From: Lophium mytilinum | Lineage: Eukaryota | DNA: 64,000 bases | NCBI GenBank assembly: GCA_010093605.1 | Contig: MU004191.1 | Coordinates: 480,816-544,815 of the forward strand | Direction of reading: 5' to 3' | Shown: in pieces, positions 23,508 through 35,063 of the stretch | Layout of the letters: each line of letters starts with the position of its first letter | Numbering within the stretch: the stretch's first letter is position 1 | Notes under the pieces: model-generated | What the model saw: only the letters and a program-made list of their open reading frames with translations | What the model was told of the DNA's origin: nothing | Database searches by the model: none | Translations under genes and position numbers: made by a program

Positions 23508-24287
23508 TCACGGCTTCCCCGGCACTTTATACTTGTACCTGATCGGATCCCTAATCATGCCTGGCGGCGGACCGTTCATGATCATGCCGGGTGGAGGCCC
23601 TAGAAACGCGCCTGGTGGTAGAGGGCCCGCCAGGAATCCCGGAGGCCCATAAACTACACCGGGTGGTAGAGGAGGCAGAACGGTACCTGGAGGTAGTGTA
23701 AGAGGACTCGGCATCATGCCTTGTGGTGAGTAAAGCTGGAACATAGGAGGTGGTCCCATAATTTGCAGAGGCGGTGGAGCGGCCATAGGAAATCCAGGAT
23801 GCTGTAATGCATTGCCAAACGGTCCTGGTCCAAAATTTAAGGGTGTTCCAGGAAGGGAGTTCACAGGAGACCCAGGAGGTGGTACCGCAATGCCAAACGG
23901 CCCTTGACCGAATCCTACGGGACTTCTGGGAGGAGAGATCACAGGCGTGGGAGGATCGAGATTCAGCGCACCAAACTCGGGTATTGGGAAGTCGAAGTTC
24001 GGGGGAGAGTCGAATAGGTTGAAGATGACTGCTGAGTCTAGTCCGGCATCTATTGCGCGACGAGCGGCTTCTAGGGCGAAGTTGTTGCTGGCCTCGTCTT
24101 CCCAGCCAAACACATCCATGGTGCAGCTAGGGCATTTGCCGTCCAAGATTCGCAGGTCTACGTCCCACGTGTGGGGCTGGCCCATGGACACATCCTCTTT
24201 GTATTCTGGTGGTTTGCAGGGCTCGATGGGGCTGGCGGCGACCTGGTGTTTGCAGCCTCTGTAGGCGAACCAGCGTTGTTTACACAT
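23508..24287 (-). CDS. Hypothetical protein with N-terminal Cys/His motif and Pro/Gly-rich C-terminus
   Basis: MCxxxxxxYxGCKH...C...CPSC putative Zn-binding N-terminus; 259-aa ORF with PPG repeats. Confidence 0.7.
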   Translation of the reverse strand: MCKQRWFAYRGCKHQVAASPIEPCKPPEYKEDVSMGQPHTWDVDLRILDGKCPSCTMDVFGWEDEASNNFALEAARRAIDAGLDSAVIFNLFDSPPNFDFPIPEFGALNLDPPTPVISPPRSPVGFGQGPFGIAVPPPGSPVNSLPGTPLNFGPGPFGNALQHPGFPMAAPPPLQIMGPPPMFQLYSPQGMMPSPLTLPPGTVLPPLPPGVVYGPPGFLAGPLPPGAFLGPPPGMIMNGPPPGMIRDPIRYKYKVPGKP

Positions 24288-25763
24288 GTCTGGGGTCTAG
24301 AATGGTGGAGGCAGGCTGTGAGGAGAGTGAGTGGTAAGAAAGGTATGGAGAAGTAGCGAAAGGTTATTGCTGCAAAAAAGGTGCTCTATGTGATAGTCTA
24401 GGCTCGTGACAATGCTAATAGAGTACGCAACGACTCTGTGTCTGCAGGATATTAGTGCTCAGATCCACGTGTTGCCACGTGACGATGCCGAAGCTATCCT
24501 GTCACTGCTCTCTTTCGGGGAGTTCTATGGTGAGAATACTAGAAGCTTCCTTTCATAGCCGAATGAATGCGACGATGTACCAAATACGACTGTGAGGAGT
24601 TCTTATAGGAATGCGAGCTTATTTGACAGCACATGTCGGAGTTGGAAGCAGCCACGACTGGTCTGGATATCTGTCCTGTTGCTGTAAGACGGCCGGCTAA
24701 GAGGCCTAGTCAGTGGCCAGCGCATATTTATGGACAGCGGTGCTAAACGCAATGCCTCTATGTTGGATGAGGGTTGCGCTGGGGGCAGACCGGCATGATA
24801 CTATTTGCTTTAGACGATGGATGGTTGGCCCACAAGGATGCGTCGAGGAAATAGTCTAATTGGCCAGTGGTCAGTGGTACCAGAGGGGACAGAACAAGCT
24901 GAAACCGCTGGGATAGAATGACCTGTCACGACCGACGTTGATCAAGTTGGTGTTGCCGTGCGTGATTTTGCGCCACAGACAGTGCGGAGTTCGCGAAAAG
25001 CGTGTTCAAGAAGTCGAAGATAGCAGAGGCGTGCTTTGTGAATAGGTACTGTACAATGTAGTACACAGTGGAGCTGAAGCGGGAGGAGTGTAGAGCACTG
25101 CCATAGTTGCCGTGACTCGCTTGTGAGAGGAAAGCGTGTGATGCGAGAGTCTATCTCGCGCAGCTGTGCCTGCAATCTCCCCATGTCCACCTCGGCGAAG
25201 CAGCCGACGATGGCCTCTCAGCTGGGACGCCAAGCGGCGCAGTACGAATAGACGGCCGTATCCGCCAACCGCCTCTCCTGAGCTGACTACACAGGACGGC
25301 AGTGTACAGACTCTTCATCTGCTGCCCGTCTGTCTTTGTGCGAGAGCTCCCCAGTGCACCCTTGGCCCTGCCTGATACTACTGATACTACGGATACCAAG
25401 CTTTCGCCCCCAAGCGCCGCACCGCTTTCCTGGAACTGCAAGCGGGCCTTCGTCATCGGCCCCTCCCTCATACACCTCCACCACGCTCTCACCATTCTCA
25501 ACACCGCCGCCGCCTCCTCCGCAAGTCCTCCCGCCTGCGCCTGCTGAGCCCGCCGTCAATTGGGCTCTTCTGTCGCCATGCCGCCACCGGACCAACGCTA
25601 CAGACCTCGCTGAATCCTCGACAAGCACCCTCACCGCAAGAGGCAGGTCAACAACGCATACCCGCATATCGACCCAATTCATCACCACCGCCCCGCATAT
25701 ACTCTCCAGCGCGAGCGAACATCCTCCCGAAGCATTGCCAGAGCCATTGTATACCCCCAAGCC

Positions 25764-27212
25764 ATGTCCCTCTCGCGCGGCATCCAGTCCGCCATCTTCC
25801 ACTACCTGTCCTGCGCGCCATGTAGTGGCTACATGTACCGCTCGCGCCGCCAGAAGGAGGCCAAGCGCGACAGGAAGCAAAAGCGCCAGCTCGAGATGGA
25901 GCAGCCCGAGCTGTACCACCACCCAGAGCCTTCGGGAACCAACCCTAACTGGGCGGAAGAGATCTTTATGGGACCGGGGCCGCCACGAAAAGCTGGGCGC
26001 AAGACCAATACGAGCAGCCAGCGGGGCATAACAACCGCCGACACGCACAGCACCATTGCGAGTAACGGAGGAAGTAGCTTGGACATTGGCTCCGCCGATG
26101 GGAAACCTGCGCGAATTTCAGAAGACACGTTGCGCGGGGACAACTGGAACAGGCGGCGGTATCAAAGAGAAGATGAAGAGCTATGGGGATTTGGAGAAGA
26201 CATTGTGCAACCTGGCTCGTCTGTGGGCCTCTCAGGCATCAGCAGGCCCCCTACGGCCCGAACCGCGAAGTCCTCCGGAGAGAGCTACTACCACCCTCGC
26301 GCCCCGCCGGTGAACGATTTGCACCCTCCGATTGTGAGCTTGCCATCCCCGCATCCTGCAGACAACAAATGGATGCTCCAACCTCCTCCGAGGGCCAGTG
26401 TGATGAGTGGGAAGGAGCGGGCGACGCACAGGAGCCGAAGTGGAAGCGGTGCTAGCAGTCGCGTTGAATTGAATCTGCAGCGTCAAGTAAGCACCAAGCA
26501 GGTGAAGGCGAAACTCGACAGGGGAGAGACTCCAGAACTGCCACCCCTATCCAGGGGCAGCTTGTACAGCAACGCACAAGGTCAACGCCACGATCGGGAT
26601 CCCAAAGCACCTAGGGCTACTCCGCCCTCCGCATCTTCATCTGACCGAAAGCGACGTGATCCAAGCCCTGAAGACCCAAGCCCTGAACAGCCTCTCGATT
26701 CTTCTACGGAGTCAAGCGACACCGTTGTGTACCCCTCTAGAGACTCCACCCCTCAATTGGCCTCCCAGCCCAGCCTGAAGGTTGTTCGCGTCCGCGGCAG
26801 CAGGCAGCAACTCTCCACCGTGGTCTCAAGCGGCGAGACGTCTGCCCCGTCCGAAAACACATCGCCTAACGCCCTCATCCCCCCCAGCTCAACCGAGAAA
26901 TCTTCTGGCTCTCTCCGTGTAATAAAACCACGCGCACCACTTGCCGCCTCGGACCTTTCCTCCCTTAACATCCTCCAAGACCTCGTCTCGCCCCGCGCCC
27001 TACTGAACTCCCGCTATGTTTCCGCTCCGCTAGTGGAAGCGCGTATCAAGCTGCCCGAGGCCGACCGTGACGAAGAGACTCTCCTCGTCGGCCAGGAGGA
27101 CGTAGCATGGGTCGACAACGGCTTCGGCCAGAGCACGGAATGGAGGGATGACGAGAGCCACTCGAGAGCACCATCCCGGGATCCGCGCACGAGATGGAGC
27201 GTTGACTTCTAG
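25764..27212 (+). CDS. Conserved fungal hypothetical protein
   Basis: 482-aa ORF; motif-like blocks SAIFHYLSCAPC, HPEPSGTNPNWAEEI, WNRRRYQREDEELWG, PPVNDLHPP, WMLQPPP, RWSVDF*. Confidence 0.8.
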   Translation: MSLSRGIQSAIFHYLSCAPCSGYMYRSRRQKEAKRDRKQKRQLEMEQPELYHHPEPSGTNPNWAEEIFMGPGPPRKAGRKTNTSSQRGITTADTHSTIASNGGSSLDIGSADGKPARISEDTLRGDNWNRRRYQREDEELWGFGEDIVQPGSSVGLSGISRPPTARTAKSSGESYYHPRAPPVNDLHPPIVSLPSPHPADNKWMLQPPPRASVMSGKERATHRSRSGSGASSRVELNLQRQVSTKQVKAKLDRGETPELPPLSRGSLYSNAQGQRHDRDPKAPRATPPSASSSDRKRRDPSPEDPSPEQPLDSSTESSDTVVYPSRDSTPQLASQPSLKVVRVRGSRQQLSTVVSSGETSAPSENTSPNALIPPSSTEKSSGSLRVIKPRAPLAASDLSSLNILQDLVSPRALLNSRYVSAPLVEARIKLPEADRDEETLLVGQEDVAWVDNGFGQSTEWRDDESHSRAPSRDPRTRWSVDF

Positions 27213-28972
27213 AAGCCCTTTTGGATAGATATCCTCTCTACTTCCCTTGGGGGGCCTAACATCACATCACTTGTTGGATATACAGTATCCGCCATCACAC
27301 CCGTCGCAGCTTTCATTATCATCACAGCATGATTGTCGCAGTATAGAATAAGCGTTGCTTAGCGTAGCTCGAACTTATTTCTCGTTCTTCGTTCTGCGTT
27401 CTTTTCGCGTTTTTCTTGCTTGTGCGTCTTCTAGCGTTGATAGCGTTGCAAACATGGCATTCGTTTTGCATTTTTCTTCTACCGATCTAGCTCTGCATAT
27501 ACAGATTTTGCTTCGCTGACATAGGGTTTTGGGATACATGGCGTTTAGACACGGTTGGGGATGATCTGGGAAAATGGCAATGGGCGTTCTGGCGTTCCCT
27601 ATCGCTATGTTTCTTTCTTTCCTTTCTATAGGTCGACTATCGCTACGAGTGCTTCCAGCACTTACCACGACGCAAATTTCCTTTATTTATATACGTCACG
27701 ATTGGATAGCAGCACGAGCAAGAAAGAGGTTCCGCAAAAATGTATAACAGCAATACCTGCGCACGTAACCTAGACAAGGACAGACAAAAGAGTTAAACAC
27801 GATGCGTTCATCCAATCAATCAAGCAATCAGCCACTCAAGCAATGGGGACAAAGTGACAGGGCCGCATGACGGCTGGTACGGTATTCGGACAAGAAAATT
27901 CTCAAGCCTTTCTGACACCTGTGATACCTCAATGTACTAACAGAGACCTGCGGTAGCGAATTACAGGTCTAAACGGTGTACACCTATCCACCAGCGCGCG
28001 AAGGGGCCCAGGAAGGTATCAGGCCAGTACAAACGATACTTTCGAACATCACATAGCCAAAATTGGTTTGAAGCACTTCACGCGACACCAGAGATGTGTT
28101 AGACTAATACCCTAGTACTGTAGGTAAATCTTGATCGCCTTTTGTCGACGTTTGGAGTCCCCTAGCACCCTGAAAAACATCTGTCCGGATGTCCCGTTCG
28201 TGACTCTTCAATTCTTACAACCCATTTTCGTGCCTCTGCTGTTGTTTGGGCGGCACGCGTAGACATGTTTTGGTAAGGGTGCACGACGTTTTTTTAACCC
28301 ACATCGCGGACCCTACCCTTATTTCAATAAATGAAGGAAGGATATTCCGACAGCTTCATGAATTATTCTTCCAGATGAGACACACCCAATCCCGGGTTTC
28401 TTTTCGAGTTATGCCTTGTGGACGTTGAGGTATGTGCGAAAACGTTGCTGGGGCCTCGAAGTGACCAAAAGTTCAGTCCCTCTGGGTTCAACGCCTCAAG
28501 GTCCTTCTTGGAGGCCAAAACTTGCCAAAAAGGTCGCCATCGAAATACAAAGGCAGGTACGAGGAACAGGCGCGCATGAACAACCCGTACACCGTCAATT
28601 CCGTCTGCAAGAAGTATCTGTGGCGCCCCTTCCTCTGTATTGGCTTACTCAGCCCAGAACCGCCTTTCTATCTCTCAGAGGTAGCTGCCTTCTTCACTCA
28701 CTCACTCATCATCAAATCAAATACTTGCCCTCCATTCGCAGTTGCTGTGTGCAGCTCCCTCATTCGTCACTCACCGACGGGCGTGGATCTCCAAGCAGCT
28801 CACTACCAGAGAGCTCATCGCTATAGACCTTTGATTGCCAACCGGAAAGGTATGTGTATTACTCTATTCATCAAGCTCGCCACTCCTTCACTTAACTTTG
28901 AGCTAACAGCATTTTGGAAGCCTACCACCAGCCATAGCTACAAGCGGCCAGTCAGAGAGAGCGATCTGCGCT

Positions 28973-29641
28973 ATGCCTGTCAGACACACAAACGACGAGC
29001 ACTCAGCCAACGCCAGTATGCAACTCCGCGAGCAAGAGCGGGCCGAGATACGAAGCCGTGTCAAGCAAGAGCCAATGGATGCTACCATCAAGTTGGAGGA
29101 GGAGATGGAGATGCAACACCGTGCTCAGGGGCAGGACGAAGCACGAGGTCCTATCAAACCGGAGCCTACAGACACGGCGAACAAGTTCGAGGAGGACTTC
29201 GAGTTCGGGGAGGACTTCGAGTTCGGGGATGACTCCGAGTTGAAGGAGGAGTTTGCGATGCACCGCCGTGCTCGAGGAACCGCGGAGATGGGGGGCAGAG
29301 TCAAGCAAGAGCCGAGGGATCCTGCTGTCAAGATCGGTGAGGCTGAGTCGCAACACCGTACCCGGGAGCAGGCTAAGACACGACGCCGTGTCAAGAAGGG
29401 GCCGAGGGACACGAGGACGCGTTCGGAGAAGAATGCGGCACGCAATGCACAAAGCGAGCAATTACAGCAGCGGCGACGGCAGCTTGGAAAGAACATCGGC
29501 TTCAGCCATCGAAAGAGACAACGCGCGAAGAATGATGAGGCTTGTGGAAGAATCTCCAGTGCTGAGAGAGCGAGGATTGTTGTTGCTGAGGAGGAAAAGA
29601 CCGAGCGGTGGCAGGAAGAATTGGATGCTACCAGGTGGTAA
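28973..29641 (+). CDS. Orphan charged protein with internal (V/I)KxEP repeats
   Basis: 222-aa ORF with repeated MxxRA...RVKQEPxD units; upstream GTATGT...GCTAACAG intron (28850-28909) suggests transcription. Confidence 0.55.
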   Translation: MPVRHTNDEHSANASMQLREQERAEIRSRVKQEPMDATIKLEEEMEMQHRAQGQDEARGPIKPEPTDTANKFEEDFEFGEDFEFGDDSELKEEFAMHRRARGTAEMGGRVKQEPRDPAVKIGEAESQHRTREQAKTRRRVKKGPRDTRTRSEKNAARNAQSEQLQQRRRQLGKNIGFSHRKRQRAKNDEACGRISSAERARIVVAEEEKTERWQEELDATRW

Positions 29642-30425
29642 GATGTAGCTGCAGTTTGATGCAGTCGGTGCGGCATTCTGTTAAAGAAGATGAAAGAACC
29701 TACCCTGTCTCGTCAAGCATCTATGTACACTTCTCAATGTTAGGGGTATACGGAGATCAGAAGCATGATCAGCCGCCGCAGATTTTTGTCATTCGAACTT
29801 TTCAGTATTGAAAGTATACTCAGCAGCTACCTACCAGTCCAGACTTGCAGCTAGCACTAGAAATATAAACGCAGCATTCACGTCTCAAGTGCTCAATACT
29901 TCTGTTTGCCTTCAGGAATGAAATGAACTGTTCGCGCTACTAGCTAGTATGCTATACTAACATACCCATCGAGAAATAGCAACAATGAAAGAAGAAAAGT
30001 AGGTACAGTAGTAGGCCATATGTGTAGGCACACGAACTTACCACTTGAGCGTCATCCTTTGAAGATAGCTACACCATCAAGAGTAGCTCTGCTGCCATGC
30101 ATATAGTTAGCTAGAAGTTGGCCTGATGTCCACCGCCTCAGACTTCGAATCACGCCTCCTTCTTTCCCTATGGAAGTACCCCAAGCAGTCGCCAACGAGT
30201 GCGCACAAACAGACGACCTGTCACGGTGCCGTGGCCCCATGTCGGGCTGGCCCCGCCATCATTAAGCGTAACAACCCGATTGCAAGGCACAATTGCGCGA
30301 GTCTCAAATTTTAACCTCAGGCCGGGTACCTCTTAAACAAGGGACAAGTTCTGGAGACGAAAGTTTTTGAAGGTTTCTTTTCATGTTGTCCTCATTCCTC
30401 TCTACCCTATCTGCTGGACATTACT

Positions 30426-32388
30426 TTATCTCGGGATAAAGCACTTCAACCACCCATTCAACGCATCCGTAAAGTACTTCCGACTCACGCTCCCCGGCGC
30501 AAACGTCGTCCTGAAATCAAAACAATGCTCCGCGCCGCTCATCACATACCCGAAGATCTTCTCGGTCGCAGTGCTCTCCCCACACTTCGGCGCCGCCTGG
30601 AACGTCGCGGGGTGCGGCGCGAAAGACTCGCCGGATAAGGGGGAGAGGGTGCGCCAGGGGTCGAACTCGCCGCCGGACCAGTAGACGTTGGAGGGGCGGA
30701 TGTGCCAGCCGCCGAAGTGGGCGTTGGTCTTCTCGACGGCGGGCCATTCGGGGAGGAGGGTGCGCGGGAAGTTGGGGAATTGGCGGTGGCAGATGTCGCG
30801 TTGGTGGGAGAGGGAGTTGTATCTGGAGACGAGTTGGTGGGCGCCTATGTTGGCGGATTGGAGGAAGCCTAGGAGAAGGGTTGGTTAGTAATGTTGCTTT
30901 TGGGAGTAATGTTGCTTTTGGGCGTAATGTTGCTTTTGGGAGTAATGTTGCTTTTGGGAGTAATGTTGCTTTTAGGAGTAATGGGAGTAATGGGAGTAAT
31001 GGGAGTAATGGGAGTAATGGGAGTAATAGGAGTAATGGGAGTAATAGGAGTAAAAGCAGTAAAACGAGTAAAAGCGGTAATGGGAGTAAAAGCAGTAAAG
31101 GGTGTGAAAGCAGCAATAGGAGTAAAAGAACTGAATCGAGTGAAATAAATATGAGCTTACCCCACTGCGTGCAGTACTGCCAGGTCCACGAGATAGAGGC
31201 CGGATCCTCGAAGCGCAGATTAAGGTTGCAATCACCCTCCGTAGTCGCCGACCCGGAGCAGTTCGTTGTCATGTACGAGTTGACCATGTTCACAAACGGA
31301 GGGTAGGAAGCCCAACGGGCGACGGTATACTTAGCGCCCTTGCTGGCAGCCCATCCTGCTGCGGGGGCAGTCGTCTTAGTTGTCGGGTCAGACTCGATCC
31401 AGTCACAAAAAGATCGGAGACCTGATGGGCCACCCTCCATGCCATAGGACTGCCAGAGATAGAAGGGGGTGGAGAGAGCATCAGCGAAGGTCGGGTTTGT
31501 GTTATTTCCTGCTCCGAGGCCGAGGAAGCTTTCTTTGAGTGCTGCTGAGGCAGATGGGGTCTCCATGACTTTGTCCATGTAGTTGATGGCAGCTCTGATG
31601 TCCTTGGTGCAATTGCCCCAGCCGTACGCGTTCATGCCGCGCCAGACGGGCTCGAAATAGACGGACATGTCGTTCCTAGCCTCTACGGGCGCGGATGATG
31701 CATAGGAGGCGTAGATGGTCTCTGGGTAGAACTTGCGCACGAAAGCGGCACGCATACCGGGGTAAGACCCCCCCACGAAGATCCAGGGCGTTTTGTCCGG
31801 AGTAAGTGTGGCGTTGATATCTGCTCTCTTGAACTGCTTGGCGAAGGCTGGGATGTCGGCCAAAGCCTGTTCGGCGGTGAGGTAGGTGAAGTCTTCAGGT
31901 TTGGTGTCTAGATCAATCGTGACGGGGGCCGATTTTCCATAGTAGCGGTGCTCCCAGACTATGCCAATGCCGCCATGCGAGTCCACAATCTGCTTGAAGA
32001 ATGAAGTCGGGTCCTGCAGTCTGAACAAGGCACTGCTCGTTGCATCCGCCTCGCCAACATCGTAGATAAACACAGGTCCGCCCGGCTTGTATCCGGACTC
32101 GGCAACCCAGAATCGGTTCTTGAACGTCTTGGGTGCGCCATAACCGGAATGAAAGTGGTCTAAAGGTAGGTCGACAAACTCCTCGACAATGGTTTCGGCG
32201 GCAGCTGCAGGTGTCTTCACGGCGGCCTTGGTATTGTCGTCGGGTAGCCGCATCGGAGTGCCGTCGGGTAAAAGCCCCATGTCGGCCATGTGTTGAAATC
32301 TATTGCTCAACCCGCCGCCGAGAGCGTTGACGGGCACGCTGTGGAGAATAGACAAGGTGAACAGACATATCGAAAGAATGGAAGGCAT
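30426..32388 (-). CDS. Secreted serine peptidase family S28, 2 exons
   Basis: Signal peptide; LDHF, WEHRYYGKS, GGSYPG nucleophile, WTWQYCTQWG|FLQ, DPW and HCFD motifs; intron 31160-30869; stop TAA 30426. Confidence 0.93.
30887..31130. repeat. Compound minisatellite inside the S28 intron (18-bp and 9-bp units)
   Basis: agtaatgttgcttttggg about x5, then agtaatggg about x8, then agtaaa(a/g) variants. Confidence 0.95.
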
Positions 32389-33734
32389 TATGGAAACGAA
32401 TGAAAGACTGTAGATACACTGCAATATATCTCGCAAGGAAGACTCGACCAACTTGCTAAAACCTTGAAAATTGGGGGAAGAGAAGACCTGAGAAAGGGAG
32501 ACGCGCAGAGAAGAGCCGCATAGTGGGCTACCTGGGTTACCGGGTCTATATATGCTGGACTGCCTGGAAGCTCAATTGCTCCGTCCAAGATGCTGTTAGT
32601 AGGGTTTCCTGTTGTCATCTAGTCGGCGCCATGTTTCGGTCCCAGTAATGGCATGTCCCTGAATAGCTGCCTATCACAGCAGCGATCATCCGCCGCTGTG
32701 CCCGGAAGTCACCTTCCACAAGGACGTTAAATGCCCGGATGTGAGGGCAGGAGGTTGTGGAACTTGAGGCCGAAAGCACCGCTAAGCGCGAGACGACAAC
32801 GAGGTGCCTCTTCGGGCTTAGCGTGACCGGCCCTCAGAGTGCTGTGAGCCACACACAATCGTCCGGCACTGCCTTTGCCTCTACCAAAGCTCCATGTCGT
32901 GAAATTGCGGCGGAGCGGTACCCAGCGAATTAGGAAACCCGTCATCTAGAGAAGATCTTCTTGCGGAAGCTTCCATCTTTCCATCCATCTGGGTCATATA
33001 TTCTAGCGTACCAAGATTGATGGACCTTCCCAGGTCGCGTTCGTAGCACGACGATACCACGCTGCTTCGTGTCCTCCAGGAACAACTCAGCACAAGATAT
33101 GTTTGTGCAGCCGAGACTATTCTATGGGATCACTGCAATCCGTTTTCGGAAGACGGGCTTCTTTCCGTGCGCCGATTGGTTTTCACTTGACTTCGCCTCG
33201 TATTATACTTATACACTTAAACTTCCGCTGGTGAGTCTGCAAACGTCGCTCATGTCAGATTCCCTGGTCATGAAAGCTGCATCAAGAAGCAGTGAAAAAC
33301 ATTGCAAAGTCAATGCTCTCGAGCGTTCTCCTTACTGGTAATCTGCTATGTGATATTTACTCAAAATCTCCGCCTCGAGAGCACACACAGACTGATTCGC
33401 CTTTCTTTTGTCCTTCGCATATCGGTTCCGCATATCGGTTCCGCACATCCCCGCATGAGCGTGATATCTGGGGTTGATTTCATCCGACGGAGATCCTTCG
33501 AGCACGCGAGGGATCTATGTAACATCAAAATGCTTTTCGAACCGCATGATCACGGCACTATCAATGCCGTGATTACCCGGGGAAACAGCCCTTTCAAAGA
33601 TGGAAAGGTTAAGATTGATTGTTTTGCATTTCAGCTTCATGCTCATACAAGGTAGTAGCTGTTGCCACCGCTAACACCATTCAGACTTACCACAACGCCC
33701 CAAAAAACCACAAACCATCCCACAAAGATTCGGC

Positions 33735-34165
33735 CTACGCCAGCTCTGTACAAACATACGTCTCAGCGGCGCCATGCCCAAAGCCAACGAACGTCACTAT
33801 GTTGTCTGTACCACGTCGGTAGGCCCTCTACCAAAAGGCACTAGGAGTTATAGTCTAGCAGCCATTCCCGTCGTGCTATCAAACTTAGTAGACTGCTAGC
33901 ATGTTAGCACAATCCCAAAAACCTCCGCAATGGATAGAAAGAATACTCACCCATACACACCACTCCCTGACTCCAGCTAGTCCACACGCCCGTCGCATCC
34001 ACCGCCACGTCCTGCGTCTTTGCCACCGTCAACCCGACTGCATCGCGGTATCAGAACTGCCGCCCCTCCTGCGACACAGCGAAGACGTAGCCCGGGTCGC
34101 AGCTCAGCGAGCAGGGGCCGTCTTGGTCGATGCATCCAACCCCAAGAACTTGAGGGGAAATGCAT
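33735..34165 (-). pseudogene. Possible relic of a small Cys-rich protein gene
   Basis: Frame *CISPQVLGVGCIDQDGPCSLSCDPGYVFAVSQEGRQF*YRDAVGLTVAK...VVCM interrupted by TGA (34053-34051), followed by a GTGAGT donor (33950) and GCTAAC branch site. Confidence 0.3.
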
Positions 34166-35063
34166 TAGGGTCCTACGGAAGTTCTATGCACCTTTTTCGA
34201 GAGCCACTCCCCCAAGTCATAGGCTCCAGTTGAGTGAACTCGTGATCAACGAAGAAAAATTCAAATACGCTCCAAATTCTCCGCGCCATATCACGAGATA
34301 AACACGTGGAGAAGATCCTGTAAATCTATCGAGGGTATAAAAGGTCCGTCTGCTTCGTCTTCCTGTCTTCATCGAGGTTGGGGGCCATTCCTACACGAGT
34401 TCGTCAATACGAGCCATATTCTATACCCATGGAGTGGCGGGTGGTGGAGTGTTCAAAACTTGACCGCCATGCCGCGCCATGGGGTCGGCGGAGCGACTCG
34501 CGGGACGCAACTTACAGTGGAGTGTGGATGTTGAGGCTGGCGGCATCCGGGCTATTTGATGATGATTATAATCTATCGTTGTGAAGCTAACGAGCATGAG
34601 AGATAACAGGTGATGGTTTGAAACGGAAATATTATGTGATTGAGAGATTTTTGAGCAATAGGAGGGGGTGACCAATAGTAGTTCGATTTAAAAGCTCTAG
34701 AAGTTCCAGCATGATGCAGCACTCTAGCAACGCTAGTCGCATTCCTTCACCATGTCTTCTGCTCTAGCGAGCAGGCCTCCACATGGGTGCGTAGTGTCGA
34801 TATTTTTTACGCCCGCTTACGCCATCTTCAACGATGGTGGCTTGCTCTAACGTCTATCATCCGGGTAGATATATGTGCGTTTCGCGAAGCTGTACCTTCT
34901 CCGTCCAAGGGTGGCCAACTTTGGTACGAATTCCTTGTCATGCATAAGTGTGCGAGACAAAAGCACCTTAATCTCTTAGCCACATCTTCAACACTGCGAT
35001 TCTAGTTCTCAGGTGTCAGTAAACTATAAAAGCCCTACCATCACCCATCGTCAACACCCAACT

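Noticed and set aside
22965..23603. Plus-strand frame bridged by two stops, possible pseudogene
   Set aside because: No recognisable motif or clear gene structure
25287..26048. Long overlapping ORFs (253 aa minus, 231 aa plus)
   Set aside because: GC-rich shadow frames overlapping the 25764 gene, with no recognisable motifs
28522..29232. 236-aa ORF with TTG start
   Set aside because: Runs through an intron and overlaps the better-structured 28973 ORF out of frame
30881..31306. ORFs with SNVAFG/SNG, MLLLGV or YSH repeats
   Set aside because: Translations of the intronic minisatellite
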